Origin: Roseburia sp.
GTDB lineage: Bacteria > Bacillota > Clostridia > Oscillospirales > Ruminococcaceae
Length of the DNA stretch: 64,000 bases
Assembly: GCA_023666265.1 (NCBI GenBank)
Contig: JAMPCH010000001.1
Location: forward strand, 87,808-151,807
Reading direction: 5' to 3'
Position numbers and translations under genes: made by a program. Below the pieces are notes generated by a model. The model was not told where the DNA came from. It was given only the letters and a program-made list of their open reading frames with translations, and made no database searches. Below are positions 1-10,536 of the stretch, one piece after another; the stretch's first letter is position 1, and each line of letters opens with the position of its first letter.

Positions 1-210
1 TACGGGCTGTAATGTTCATTATAATAAGCCTTTTAATGTATTGAGAGAGACGAATCGAAGGATCGGAAAAGATCGAATATTCGCTTCTGAAGTCAAGACC
101 GTATCCCAAAAACGTGACCTGCCGTTATGCACGCCTGCCCTAAAAATAAAGACGAAAACGATAAGAGATCGGCGTTAAAAGACGAAATCCACCAAATTTT
201 GCGGTTTCTA

Positions 211-240
211 TTGACAAAAAGCGCTAGGTGTGGTACAATG
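211..240 (+). promoter_or_regulatory. sigma-A type promoter (TTGACA-17-TACAAT with TG extension) driving the metK leader
   Basis: Read directly: ttgacaaaaagcgctaggtgtggtacaat. Confidence 0.6.
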
Positions 241-256
241 GAGCTATACAAAAAAG

Positions 257-465
257 TCCTTATCAAGAGCAGCGGAGGAACAGGTCCCGTGAAGCTGCGG
301 CAACCGTTCGTTTTTTACGAAAATGGTGCCAAATCCTGCGCCCTACGGCGGAAGATGAGGGAGTGAATAATACGCTCCCTTAAGAGAGCGTATCGTAAAA
401 GTCGTTTCGGAGGAGTTTTTCGGAACGGTCGGGAGCGGTACGCGATTCGGGGAGCTTTTTTGTAG
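257..465 (+). promoter_or_regulatory. SAM-I (S-box) riboswitch aptamer plus expression platform/terminator
   Basis: tccTTATCAAGAGcagcGGAGGaAcaGGtCCcgtGAAgctgcggCAACC ... GGTGCcAAatCC ... gAAGATGAGGga matches the S-box consensus (P1 cTTATC/GATGAG). A GC stem plus the T-run gggagcTTTTTTg near 455-462 lies upstream of metK. Confidence 0.85.
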
Positions 466-538
466 AAAAAATAAAAATCCTCCAACGACCAGGGAAAGAC
501 CGGTCGCGAGGATCGGAACAGAAGGAAAGGACAAAATC

Positions 539-1711
539 ATGGCAAAATACTTTTTCACGTCGGAAAGCGTTACCGAGGGACACCCCGATAAGATCTGTGA
601 CCGTATCTCCGACAGCATTTTAGACGCGATGTTAGCGCAAGACCCGATGTCCCGCGTCGCCTGTGAGACCTGCACGACGACGGGTATGGTACTGGTCATG
701 GGCGAGATCACGACAAAGGCGTCCGTCGATATCCCCGCGATCGTCCGCGAGACCGTCCGCGAGATCGGCTATGACCACGCGGAGTACGGCTTTGACTGTA
801 ACACCTGCGCCGTGATCACGACGCTCGATAAACAGTCGCCCGATATCGCGATGGGCGTCGATAACGCGCTCGAGGGGCGCGATAAAAACGAAATGGACAC
901 CGGCGCGGGGGATCAGGGGATGATGTTTGGCTACGCCTGTAACGAGACGCCCGAGCTGATGCCCCTCCCGATCTCGCTCGCGCATCGGCTCTCGAAAAAG
1001 CTCACCGAGGTACGTAAAAGCGGCGAGTTCGATTACCTCCTCCCCGACGGGAAGTCTCAGGTCACGGTCGAATACATAGACGGGAAGCCCGCTCGGGTCG
1101 ATACCGTTGTGATCTCCTCCCAGCATAAGGCTTACGCGACGCTCGATCAGATCCGCGCGGATATTATCGAAAAGGTCATTCGCGCGACGATCCCGACCGA
1201 TCTTTTAGATGAAAACACAAAGTATTTCGTCAATCCGACCGGGCGCTTTGTGATCGGCGGACCTCAGGGCGACAGCGGGCTAACGGGGCGTAAGATCATC
1301 GTCGATACCTACGGCGGTTACGCGAGACACGGCGGCGGCGCTTTCTCGGGGAAGGATCCGACAAAGGTCGACCGTTCGGCGGCTTACGCGGCGCGGTATG
1401 TGGCGAAGAATATCGTCGCCGCCGGGCTAGCGGAGAAATGTGAGGTCGAGATCGCTTACGCGATCGGCGTGGCGAAGCCCGTATCCGTTCTCGTGGACGC
1501 TTTTGGGACGGGGAAGGTCAGCAACGAACAGCTCAGCGAAGCGGTCACGAAGGTATTCGATCTTCGCCCCGCCGCGATCATCGAGGCGCTTTCGCTTCGG
1601 AAGCCGCAGTACAAAGAGCTTTCCGCATACGGGCATATGGGTCGGGAGGAACTGAACGTCGCTTGGGAAAAGACCGATCGTATCGAGGCGCTGAAAAAAG
1701 CGCTTCAATAA
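539..1711 (+). CDS. metK: S-adenosylmethionine synthetase
   Basis: N-terminus [25 protein letters not shown] and motifs [16 protein letters not shown] are canonical MetK. 390 aa. Confidence 0.97.
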   Translation: MAKYFFTSESVTEGHPDKICDRISDSILDAMLAQDPMSRVACETCTTTGMVLVMGEITTKASVDIPAIVRETVREIGYDHAEYGFDCNTCAVITTLDKQSPDIAMGVDNALEGRDKNEMDTGAGDQGMMFGYACNETPELMPLPISLAHRLSKKLTEVRKSGEFDYLLPDGKSQVTVEYIDGKPARVDTVVISSQHKAYATLDQIRADIIEKVIRATIPTDLLDENTKYFVNPTGRFVIGGPQGDSGLTGRKIIVDTYGGYARHGGGAFSGKDPTKVDRSAAYAARYVAKNIVAAGLAEKCEVEIAYAIGVAKPVSVLVDAFGTGKVSNEQLSEAVTKVFDLRPAAIIEALSLRKPQYKELSAYGHMGREELNVAWEKTDRIEALKKALQ

Positions 1712-1779
1712 GAAGAGGGTCGCGGGCGGCGCACGCCTTCCATAAAAAATAATCGTAACAGCCGAAATTTTTCACCCGT

Positions 1780-3207
1780 ATGTCAGAGAGGAAATTATCC
1801 GATATGGAAAAAGAAGACGAGGTAGAGATCGAACGTAAGGAAGTAAAGGGGATCAAGATCCATACGCTGAACTGCGTTATGATCATCGTCGCGTTCGTGT
1901 TTTACGTTTTTGTTATTTTAGCGACGTTTCAGATGCGGACGCAATATCGCGAGCTTTTATCGGCGACGGAGGATTATATCGCCTGTGAACGCTTCGCGGA
2001 TCAGTTTTCCGACGCCTCGGATTATCTCTGTGATAAAGTAAGGCTTTATGTGATCAACGGAAATCGGGCATACGCGGACGACTATTTTGAGGAGATCGAC
2101 CGAACGATGAGGCGCGATCAGGCGCTCGACGGGATCATAAGCTTAGTCGACGACGAAAATACCGAGGCGGAGATGACACACGCGCGTGAAAAGGCGGATC
2201 GGCTGATAGAGCGCGAGATCTACGCGATGCGGCTCGCCTCGGAGGGGCGCGGCGCGGCGCTCGACGAACTCGACGAACGTATCCGCGCGGTCGAGCTGAC
2301 AAAAGCGGATGCGGCGCTCTCGGCGGAGGAAAAGCTCCTCGAGGCGCAAAAGCGGGTATTCGGCTCGGTTTATCAGAACGAAAAACAGGCGATCAACGTA
2401 TACGTCGAGAAATTTATCGACCGTCAGATCGGGCTGATCGATGAAAAAAAGGCGAGCTGTGCCGAAGAGCTCACGCGCACCCTGAATAAACAGGTCGTGT
2501 TTATCAGCGTCCTATTCATCATGAATATCGTGATCTTTATCCTGATCGTTCACCTGATCGTCCGTCCGTTAAAGATCTATATGGATTGTATCCGAGACGG
2601 CGAAATGCTCAAAATCATCGGGGCATACGAGTTTAAATACCTCGCGCTGACCTATAACAGTATTTACGAGATCAACTGCGCGAACGAGCAAATGTTAAAA
2701 TATAAGGCGGAGCATGACCCGCTTACGGGACTTGTGAACCGCGAGGCTTTTGAGCAGTATATCGAGCTTTGCAGCCATGACGCGAATATCGCGCTCTTGA
2801 TCGTCGACATAGACGAATTTAAACAGATCAACGACCGCTATGGTCATCAAACGGGGGACGCCGTTTTAAGACGTGTCTCAAAGCTTTTAAAGGTTCATTT
2901 CCGCGCGACGGACTGTGTGGCGCGGATCGGCGGTGACGAATTCGCGGTGATCGTATTGGATATACCGATCACGGCGAAGGAGAACCTCGAACGAAAGATC
3001 AACTCGATCAGCGAGCTTTTAGCCTATCCCGAGCCGAATATCCCGCATGTGACTTTAAGCGTCGGCGCGGCTTTTTCCGAGAGCGGTTATTCGGAGGAGC
3101 TTTATAATCGGGCGGATACGGCGCTTTATTACGTAAAAGAACACGGGAGACACGGATACGCCTTTTATAACGAGAGTATGGGGCGTAAAACAAATTCAAA
3201 TACTTAA
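1780..3207 (+). CDS. Membrane-anchored diguanylate cyclase (GGDEF domain) with N-terminal TM and coiled-coil region
   Basis: C-terminal LTGLVNREAFE...RYGHQTGDAVL...RIGGDEFAVI (GGDEF signature). Hydrophobic segments near the N-terminus. Confidence 0.85.
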   Translation: MSERKLSDMEKEDEVEIERKEVKGIKIHTLNCVMIIVAFVFYVFVILATFQMRTQYRELLSATEDYIACERFADQFSDASDYLCDKVRLYVINGNRAYADDYFEEIDRTMRRDQALDGIISLVDDENTEAEMTHAREKADRLIEREIYAMRLASEGRGAALDELDERIRAVELTKADAALSAEEKLLEAQKRVFGSVYQNEKQAINVYVEKFIDRQIGLIDEKKASCAEELTRTLNKQVVFISVLFIMNIVIFILIVHLIVRPLKIYMDCIRDGEMLKIIGAYEFKYLALTYNSIYEINCANEQMLKYKAEHDPLTGLVNREAFEQYIELCSHDANIALLIVDIDEFKQINDRYGHQTGDAVLRRVSKLLKVHFRATDCVARIGGDEFAVIVLDIPITAKENLERKINSISELLAYPEPNIPHVTLSVGAAFSESGYSEELYNRADTALYYVKEHGRHGYAFYNESMGRKTNSNT

Positions 3208-3221
3208 AGAGACAAGTCTCG

Positions 3222-3270
3222 GGTTTCGGAAATCTACCGAAGCCCGAGGCTTATTCTTTTATTATTTATG
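3222..3270 (+). terminator. Rho-independent terminator after the GGDEF gene
   Basis: Inverted repeat ctcgggtttcgg/ccgaagcccgag followed by a T-rich tract. Confidence 0.6.
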
Positions 3271-3370
3271 TGCATTTTCGTAGGTCGGCGGGCTTTCGTG
3301 CCTTTCGCCGCGATCGTTTTGATCCGCGTCTTTTTCGGCGGAAAAAGCTCGGCGCTCCCGCTGATTTTCA

Positions 3371-3399
3371 TTGACAAATACTGCCGCGTGTGATAAAAT
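3371..3399 (+). promoter_or_regulatory. Consensus promoter (TTGACA-17-TAAAAT, TG-extended) for purL
   Basis: ttgacaaatactgccgcgtgtgataaaat. Confidence 0.6.
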
Positions 3400-3494
3400 A
3401 GAGAAAGAGATTAAAGGGTCGCTTTTACCTTTGGGTATTCGCGGCGTTAAAACGAAACTCGGAGAAACACCGACGAAAAAGAAAGGGATTTGAT

Positions 3495-6400
3495 ATGTCA
3501 GTTTATCGAATTTATGTCGAAAAAAAGCCGCAGTACGCGGTAGAAGGAGAGGCGGTACTGTCCGATCTTAAAACCGCGCTTAGGGTCGAGGGGATCGACG
3601 GGGTACGGGTCATAAACCGATACGACGTCGAGGAGATCAGCCCCGAGGATATGAAACGGGCGATCCCGACGGTTTTTTCCGAGCCGCCGGTAGACCGCGT
3701 ATTTGATGAGCTTCCGTCCCTCTCGGAGAATGAGCGGATGTTCGCGGTCGAGTTTCTCCCCGGTCAGTTTGACCAGCGCGCCGACAGCGCGGCGCAATGT
3801 ATCCAGCTTCTCTGTCAGGGCGAACGACCGATCGTAAAATACGCGAAGATCTATCTTTTAAGCGGGTCGATCGGCGACCCCGACTTTGAGAAGATCAAGC
3901 ATTTCCTCATCAACGCGGTCGAATCCCGCGAATGTGGCTTTGAGACCTATGAAACGTTGAAGCTGAAATATGAGATCCCGACCGAGATCGCGGTTCTTGA
4001 CGGCTTCCTCGACCTCGACCGCGAAGGACTGAACGATTTTATCCGTCGCTATGGTCTCGCGATGGATACGGACGACATCAAATTTTGTCAGGATTATTTC
4101 AAGACCGAAAGGCGTGACCCGACCGTGACCGAGATCCGAATGATCGATACCTATTGGTCGGATCATTGCCGTCATACGACGTTCGGGACGATCATCGATC
4201 ATGCGGAGATCAATGCGCCGTATATCGCGGAGACCTATCGCGAATATCTCGTGGATCGGGAGGAGCTCGGGCGCGGGAATAAGCCGATCTGTTTAATGGA
4301 TCTCGCGACGCTCGCGGCGAAAAAGCTAAAAGCCGACGGGGTCTTAAAGGATCTCGACGAGAGCGAGGAGATCAACGCCTGCTCGGTAAAGCTGACTGTC
4401 GACGTGAACGGGAAGGACGAGCAATGGTTGCTCATGTTCAAAAACGAAACGCATAATCACCCGACGGAGATCGAACCCTTCGGCGGCGCGGCGACCTGTC
4501 TCGGCGGCGCGATCCGCGATCCGCTGTCCGGGCGCGCTTATGTGTATCAGGCGATGCGCGTGACCGGCGCGGGCGATCCGCTCCTCCCCGTATCGGAGAC
4601 GATCAAGGGGAAACTCCCTCAGCGTAAGATCACGACGACCGCCGCCGCGGGATATTCCTCTTACGGAAATCAGATCGGCTTAGCGACGGGTCATGTCGCG
4701 GAGATCTATCACGACGGCTATACGGCGAAGCGTATGGAGATCGGCGCGGTGATCGCCGCCGCTCCCGCCGATCATGTTCGCCGCGAAAGACCCGCGCCGG
4801 GGGACGTCATTATCCTTCTCGGCGGTAGAACGGGGCGGGACGGTTGCGGCGGCGCGACCGGCTCGTCAAAATCGCATAGCGTTTCGTCGCTCGAGAGCTG
4901 TGGCGCGGAGGTACAAAAGGGGAACGCGCCCGAGGAGCGAAAGCTCCAGCGGCTGTTCCGTGACCGCGAGGCGACGATCTTGATCAAGAGATGTAACGAC
5001 TTTGGCGCGGGCGGCGTATCCGTCGCGATCGGGGAGCTCGCGGACGGGCTTACGATCGACCTAAACGCCGTTCCGAAAAAATACGATGGGCTCGACGGGA
5101 CCGAGCTCGCGATCTCGGAGTCACAGGAGCGTATGGCGGTCGTCGTGGATAAAAACGACGTAGAGCGCTTTATCCGCTTAGCCGAGGGCGAAAACCTCGA
5201 GGCGACGCCCGTCGCCGTCGTTGAGACCGAGCCGCGACTTAAAATGAATTGGAACGGGAAGACGATCTGTGATATTTCCCGGGAATTTTTAAACTCAAAC
5301 GGCGCGGAAAAGCATACCGATGTTTCCGTTCCGAACCCTTCCGTTTCCTACACGCGGGGTTATAAAAATACCGTCTCGGATTGGGAAAGACTTGTTAGTG
5401 AGCTGAATGTCTGCTCCCAGCGGGCGTTAGTCCAGCGCTTTGACGCGACGGTCGGCGCGGCTTCCGTTTTGATGCCCTTTTCGGGTAGGACACAGCAGAC
5501 CCCCGTTCAGGCGATGGCGGCGAAGCTCCCCGTACCGGGCAGTGAAACGACGACCGCCTCTTTAATGAGCTGGGGCTATAATCCCGAGGTCGCGGTTCGG
5601 TCGCCGTATCACGGCGCGGCGCTCGCGGTCGTCGAAAGTATCGCGAAGATCGTCGCAGCAGGCGGGAGTAGTAAAAAATGCTGGCTCACCTTCCAAGAAT
5701 ATTTCGAGCGGACACAAGGAGACCCCGCGCGGTGGGGGAAGCCCTTCAGCGCCCTTCTCGGTGCGTATAAGGCTCAGATCGCGCTCGGTTGCGGCGCGAT
5801 CGGCGGGAAGGATTCCATGAGCGGGACCTTTGAAAAGATCGACGTTCCGCCGACTCTCGTTTCCTTCGCCGTATCGACCGCGAAGGCGGATCGGGTCATC
5901 TCCGCCGAGTTTAAGTGTCCCTTCAGTAAAATCTATTTTATCGCGCCGAAATACGACGAAAATATGCTCCCCGATTTTGAGGAAGTAAAACGGGTATTCT
6001 CGATCGTCGAAGACGCGATTTCCGACGGGAGAGCGATCTCCGTTTGGTCGCTCGCGAACGGAGGTCTCGCCGAGGGGATCTTTAAAATGACCTTAGGAAA
6101 TCGGATCGGCGCGAAATTAAAGCCCTTATCGGACGAGCGGCTCTTTTCGCTTTGTTACGGCGCGTTCGTGATTGAGGCGAACGGGACGATCGAGGGCGCG
6201 GAGGAGATCGGCGAAACAATCGACGAATATAAGATCTCCTGCGGCGATACCGTTTTAGACGTTGAAGTGCTCGAAAAGAAATGGGACGCGGTCTTAGAGC
6301 CGATCTTTAAAGGAAAAACAAAAACCGTTCTTCCCGCGCCGGAAAAGATCACCTTTAAGGGAAGTACGCCCGTACTATGCGCCCCCGCGAATAAGATCGC

Positions 6401-7199
6401 GAAGCCGCGCGTACTGATCCCCGTCTTCCCGGGGACGAACGGCGAATATGATATGGCGGACGCGTTTAACCGTAACGGCGGGATCGCGGAGCAATTCGTG
6501 ATCCGTAATTTAAGCGCAGCGCATATTAGGGAATCGGTAGAGGCTTTCGCAAAGCGGATCGCCGAGAGCCAGATCATCGCGATCCCCGGCGGCTTTAGCG
6601 GCGGGGACGAGCCGGAGGGCTCGGGGAAGTTTATCAACGCCTTTTTCCGAAATCCGATCATACGGGAGGCGGTTCACGAAATGCTCGGTCGCCGCGACGG
6701 ACTGATACTCGGGATCTGTAACGGCTTTCAAGCGCTCGTCAAGCTGGGACTTGTTCCGTTCGGCGAGATCGTTTCGCTTACCGAGGAAAGCCCGACGCTT
6801 ACCTTTAACTCGATCAATCATCACGAGTCACAGCTTGTAAATACCCGAATCTGTACCGATAAGTCGCCGTGGCTGATGTACTGTAAGCCCGACGAGATCT
6901 ATTCCGTCCCGATCTCTCACGGCGAGGGGCGGTTCGTCGCGCCGGAGGGCGTTCTGAAAAAATTAGCGGAAAACGGACAGATCGCGACGCAGTACGTCGA
7001 CCTCTCGGGAGATCCGACGATGGATATCCGCTATAATCCGAACTGCTCCATGCGCGCGATCGAAGGAATCCTATCGCCGGACGGACGCGTTTTCGGGAAA
7101 ATGGGGCATAGCGAGCGGATCTCGTCGAACTGTTGTATCAACGTGGACGGGAATAAAGAGATCCCGATGTTTAAGGCGGGGATCGACTATTTCTCTTAA
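3495..7199 (+). CDS. purL: Phosphoribosylformylglycinamidine synthase, single-chain large form
   Basis: 1234 aa. Central PurM-like AIR-synthase-related repeats and a C-terminal class-I glutamine amidotransferase region (GICNGFQAL). Typical clostridial single-polypeptide FGAM synthase. Confidence 0.9.
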   Translation: MSVYRIYVEKKPQYAVEGEAVLSDLKTALRVEGIDGVRVINRYDVEEISPEDMKRAIPTVFSEPPVDRVFDELPSLSENERMFAVEFLPGQFDQRADSAAQCIQLLCQGERPIVKYAKIYLLSGSIGDPDFEKIKHFLINAVESRECGFETYETLKLKYEIPTEIAVLDGFLDLDREGLNDFIRRYGLAMDTDDIKFCQDYFKTERRDPTVTEIRMIDTYWSDHCRHTTFGTIIDHAEINAPYIAETYREYLVDREELGRGNKPICLMDLATLAAKKLKADGVLKDLDESEEINACSVKLTVDVNGKDEQWLLMFKNETHNHPTEIEPFGGAATCLGGAIRDPLSGRAYVYQAMRVTGAGDPLLPVSETIKGKLPQRKITTTAAAGYSSYGNQIGLATGHVAEIYHDGYTAKRMEIGAVIAAAPADHVRRERPAPGDVIILLGGRTGRDGCGGATGSSKSHSVSSLESCGAEVQKGNAPEERKLQRLFRDREATILIKRCNDFGAGGVSVAIGELADGLTIDLNAVPKKYDGLDGTELAISESQERMAVVVDKNDVERFIRLAEGENLEATPVAVVETEPRLKMNWNGKTICDISREFLNSNGAEKHTDVSVPNPSVSYTRGYKNTVSDWERLVSELNVCSQRALVQRFDATVGAASVLMPFSGRTQQTPVQAMAAKLPVPGSETTTASLMSWGYNPEVAVRSPYHGAALAVVESIAKIVAAGGSSKKCWLTFQEYFERTQGDPARWGKPFSALLGAYKAQIALGCGAIGGKDSMSGTFEKIDVPPTLVSFAVSTAKADRVISAEFKCPFSKIYFIAPKYDENMLPDFEEVKRVFSIVEDAISDGRAISVWSLANGGLAEGIFKMTLGNRIGAKLKPLSDERLFSLCYGAFVIEANGTIEGAEEIGETIDEYKISCGDTVLDVEVLEKKWDAVLEPIFKGKTKTVLPAPEKITFKGSTPVLCAPANKIAKPRVLIPVFPGTNGEYDMADAFNRNGGIAEQFVIRNLSAAHIRESVEAFAKRIAESQIIAIPGGFSGGDEPEGSGKFINAFFRNPIIREAVHEMLGRRDGLILGICNGFQALVKLGLVPFGEIVSLTEESPTLTFNSINHHESQLVNTRICTDKSPWLMYCKPDEIYSVPISHGEGRFVAPEGVLKKLAENGQIATQYVDLSGDPTMDIRYNPNCSMRAIEGILSPDGRVFGKMGHSERISSNCCINVDGNKEIPMFKAGIDYFS

Positions 7200-7264
7200 T
7201 AAATCGTCTCGCATATACTTTCATAAACGAAAAAAACAGGAACGATGAAGGACGGGAGGACGGA

Positions 7265-8116
7265 ATGAAATATAAGCTGACGCTTTGGTTGCGCTTTATG
7301 AGAGGCTGTCTTAAAACGGGTTGGAAAGCTTATCTGTTCGGTCTCGTGGTCGTCCTCCTCCTTTATTTTTCGGAAGGGCTTCACGGACGGGAGATCAGCG
7401 CTCTTACGGTTGTTCTGATCGCGGTCGGGGTCGCGGGATTTTTCGCGTTGATCTTTTCGCTGACCGGGATCATACACGTTTCGCGGGTCCACAGCTATCA
7501 GCGGATCTATGAGGAAAAGGGTTGGTGCCGCGAGATGTGTGAGGCTTTTGAGGAAAAGCATATCCGAGGGAAAAAGCCGAATAACTTCACCCGTATCTAT
7601 TACGCCGAGATCCACCTTCGTATGGGCGATCCCGAGCGTGCGAGATTTCTTTTGGATCAGCTTCGTATCCCCGAAACCGACGCGATCAACCGCGTTCTTT
7701 ATCTTGTCCTTTATATCCAGACCGCTTTGTTTCAGGGCGATGTCCCGCTGGCGCGGAATATATGGGACAGTAATCGATTTTTCCTTGATAAATTCATTTA
7801 CGATAATCGGTATAAGATCCAGATTGCGTTCCTTCGGATCTGTCAGGTAACGATCGAGGCGGCGGACGGGAATTACGCCGAGGCGTTAGACCTAATCGGG
7901 CGGTATATGCCCGCGAAAAAGAACGCCTTCGGCGCAATGGATTTCTTGGCGTTACAGGTCTATGTTTATCATCAAACGGGTTCGGCGGAGAACGAGGAGC
8001 GGGCGATCCGATACATGGAAAAAGCAATCGAGGAGACGAAATTTGAGGCGGAACGCCAACGGATCAACGCCCGCGTGATGCTTTCGGACGCGCGAAGCGG
8101 AAAGCTCCCGTTGTGA
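7265..8116 (+). CDS. Hypothetical membrane protein: two predicted TM helices plus an alpha-helical (TPR-like) soluble domain
   Basis: Hydrophobic stretches LFGLVVVLLLYF and LTVVLIAVGVAGFFALIFSL. No recognisable catalytic motif. Confidence 0.5.
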   Translation: MKYKLTLWLRFMRGCLKTGWKAYLFGLVVVLLLYFSEGLHGREISALTVVLIAVGVAGFFALIFSLTGIIHVSRVHSYQRIYEEKGWCREMCEAFEEKHIRGKKPNNFTRIYYAEIHLRMGDPERARFLLDQLRIPETDAINRVLYLVLYIQTALFQGDVPLARNIWDSNRFFLDKFIYDNRYKIQIAFLRICQVTIEAADGNYAEALDLIGRYMPAKKNAFGAMDFLALQVYVYHQTGSAENEERAIRYMEKAIEETKFEAERQRINARVMLSDARSGKLPL

Positions 8117-8217
8117 GTATTTGGAGAAAACGCCGGTGGCGTTCAAATAACACGGGTGAAAAGTTCCTGATTTTAAATTTTGTGAACGTTTCACCCAACA
8201 AGAAAGGAATGGTTAAA

Positions 8218-9996
8218 ATGTCGGTAAAAATCGGGATCAGACCCGTCATTGACGGGAGGCAGTTCGGGATACGCGAAAGTCTCGAGGAACAAACAATGTC
8301 GCTCGCGCGGGCGGCGGAAAAGCTCATTACGGAAAATGTCCGTCATGCGAGCGGAGAACCGCTCGAATGTGTGATCGCGGATACGACGATCGGAGGGATC
8401 GCGGAGAGCGCCGCCTGTCGTGAAAAATTCTCACGCGAAAATGTTGTGGCGACGCTCACCGTCACGCCATGCTGGTGTTATGTGACCCAAGTCATCGACG
8501 AAGACCCGAATACGATCAAGGCGGTATGGGGCTTTAATGGGACGGAGCGCCCCGGTGCGGTATTCCTCGCCGCCGCGATGTCCGCTTACGCACAGATCGG
8601 AATGCCTTGCTTCTCCATTTACGGGCATGACGTAAAGGATGCGGACGATATGGAGATCCCCGCCGACGTCGCCGAAAAGATCCTTCGCTTCGCGAAATGC
8701 GCGGCGGCGGTCGGCGATATTCGCGGGAAGAGTTATGTCAACATCGGCGCGGTCGCAATGGGGATCGCGGGTTCGTACTGTAACGAAGCCTTTTTCCGTG
8801 AATACCTCGGCATGCACCCCGAGTGGGTCGATATGTCGGAGATCATCCGCCGCGAAAAGCTCGGGATCTATGATAAGGCGGAGTATGAAAAAGCACTCGC
8901 CTGGATCAAAGAGAACTGTAAAGAGGGCGTCGATATTAACCCGACCGACGGAATGTTTTATCAAAGAACGTTCCTGGCCGATGAGGAGAAGGAACAAAAC
9001 TGGGAATTTATCGCGAAAATGACCTGTATCTTTACGGATATCCTTCGCGGAAACCCGAAGCTCGCGGAAATGGGCTGGCTCGAGGAGGCGAAGGGAAGGA
9101 ACGCGGCGCTCGGCGGCTTCCAAGGTCAGCGCATGTGGACGGATTTTATGCCGAACGCGGATTTCACCGAGGCGATCCTCAATTCGACCTTCGACTGGAA
9201 CGGGAAGCGCGAGCCGATCCCATTCGCGACGGAAAACGACGGGCTGAACGGTACGGCGATGCTTTTGATGCACGAGCTGACGGGGAAGGCGACGGTCTTC
9301 GCCGACGTAAGGACGTACTGGTCGCCCGAGGCGGTAGAGCGCGTTACCGGCTGGAAGCCGGAGGGAAAAGCGGCGAACGGCTTTATCCATATGATCAACA
9401 GCGGCGCGGCGGCGCTCGACGGGACCGGCGCGTCGACCGAGAACGGCGAAAGCGTGATGAAAAGCTGGTGGGATATGACCGACGAGGACATTAAGGCTTG
9501 TCTTGATCAGACGAAGTGGTGTTGCGCGAATCTCGGCTATTTCCGCGGCGGCGGATTTTCGAGCAGCTTTTCGACGAAGGGCGTTATGCCTTGTACCTTT
9601 ACGAGAGTAAATTATGTGAAAAATCTCGGACCGACGATCCAGATCGTCGAGGGGTACACCGTCGAACTTCCCGAAAACGTCAATAAGATCCTTTTGGACA
9701 GGACGGATAAAACGTGGCCGTCTACCTGGTTCGCGCCGATCTGCGACGAAAAGGCGTGTAAGGACGTTTATACCGTTATGGCGAGCTGGGGCGCGAATCA
9801 CGGCGCATTCGTATACGGTCATATCGGGGACGACCTCGTGACCCTCGCCTCGATGCTCCGTATCCCCGTTTCGCTCCATAATATCGCGGAGGAGCGCTTA
9901 TACCGTCCGCACTGCTGGACAGCGTTCGGGACGAAAGATCCCGAGGGCGCGGATTACAGAGCCTGCGCCGCTTACGGGAGTCTGTACCGTACCTAA
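8218..9996 (+). CDS. fucI: L-fucose isomerase
   Basis: Near-collinear match to E. coli FucI (KIGIRPVIDGR, TVTPCWCY, WGFNGTERPGAV, FSIYGHDV, GKSY, WNG.REP, ATENDSLNG, ADVRTYWSPEA, RVN..KGLGP, TWFAP, MASWGANHG). Start chosen at the second ATG (MSVKIGI), which has better RBS spacing. Confidence 0.95.
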   Translation: MSVKIGIRPVIDGRQFGIRESLEEQTMSLARAAEKLITENVRHASGEPLECVIADTTIGGIAESAACREKFSRENVVATLTVTPCWCYVTQVIDEDPNTIKAVWGFNGTERPGAVFLAAAMSAYAQIGMPCFSIYGHDVKDADDMEIPADVAEKILRFAKCAAAVGDIRGKSYVNIGAVAMGIAGSYCNEAFFREYLGMHPEWVDMSEIIRREKLGIYDKAEYEKALAWIKENCKEGVDINPTDGMFYQRTFLADEEKEQNWEFIAKMTCIFTDILRGNPKLAEMGWLEEAKGRNAALGGFQGQRMWTDFMPNADFTEAILNSTFDWNGKREPIPFATENDGLNGTAMLLMHELTGKATVFADVRTYWSPEAVERVTGWKPEGKAANGFIHMINSGAAALDGTGASTENGESVMKSWWDMTDEDIKACLDQTKWCCANLGYFRGGGFSSSFSTKGVMPCTFTRVNYVKNLGPTIQIVEGYTVELPENVNKILLDRTDKTWPSTWFAPICDEKACKDVYTVMASWGANHGAFVYGHIGDDLVTLASMLRIPVSLHNIAEERLYRPHCWTAFGTKDPEGADYRACAAYGSLYRT

Positions 9997-10035
9997 TCGA
10001 TAAAATTGCTTTGGCGGGAAGTAGAATGATGTAAA

Positions 10036-10071
10036 AAGTCGCGCCTTCGGTCAAGAGAACGGAGGCGCGAT
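10036..10071 (+). terminator. Hairpin terminator after fucI
   Basis: cgcgccttcgg...ccggaggcgcg inverted repeat followed by an A/T-rich tract. Confidence 0.45.
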
Positions 10072-10129
10072 CTAATAAAAATGATAGAGAGGACAACTTA
10101 TAGTTTTTTAACGAACGGAGGGCTGATAA

Positions 10130-10492
10130 ATGGGCGGTACGGATTACGTTTCCGAAATCCTAAAGTGCTGTCAACGGAGAGAACAAGCCTTGTTGAACGA
10201 TCGATCAATGGGCAGGTATAATCGATATTTTGATAAAATGAGAAAGCTTGCACGAAAGCTTATTGATGAAAACCGACAAGAGAAGCTATTACCGTATCTG
10301 GAAAGCGAAAGCATTTCCGTTCAAAGGGATATTGCGGGTCTCTTGTTTCATTGTTATCCCGATTTGTGCGGACAAAAATTTCGGGAAATTTCCGGTATGA
10401 CGATAGAAACAGGTCTCCCGAAGCATTTAGTGGTTGTGGCGGCTGCGGCTAAATGCAATTTAAAATACGGCGTTCCGAAGGATTTTCCGTAA
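10130..10492 (+). CDS. Hypothetical protein (120 aa) in low-GC islet
   Basis: ORF with local GC roughly 45% against ~58% in flanking genes. No recognisable domain. Confidence 0.45.
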   Translation: MGGTDYVSEILKCCQRREQALLNDRSMGRYNRYFDKMRKLARKLIDENRQEKLLPYLESESISVQRDIAGLLFHCYPDLCGQKFREISGMTIETGLPKHLVVVAAAAKCNLKYGVPKDFP

Positions 10493-10536
10493 CATTGAAA
10501 TTTTTCGATCTCTCGAAATTTAGAGGAGGATATTTT

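Noticed and set aside
127-711. Short ORFs (79, 122, 67 aa) overlapping the metK leader
   Set aside because: They overlap the SAM-I riboswitch and promoter. No RBS or coherent protein features. Spurious.
3208-3494. Possible purine riboswitch upstream of purL
   Set aside because: Only a terminator and a consensus promoter with a roughly 95-nt leader. None of the conserved purine-aptamer segments could be found by eye.
8431-9879. 482-aa ORF on the minus strand
   Set aside because: Entirely antisense to fucI, whose reading frame has near-collinear homology to E. coli FucI. Long antisense ORFs are expected in a ~58% GC genome that is poor in stop codons.
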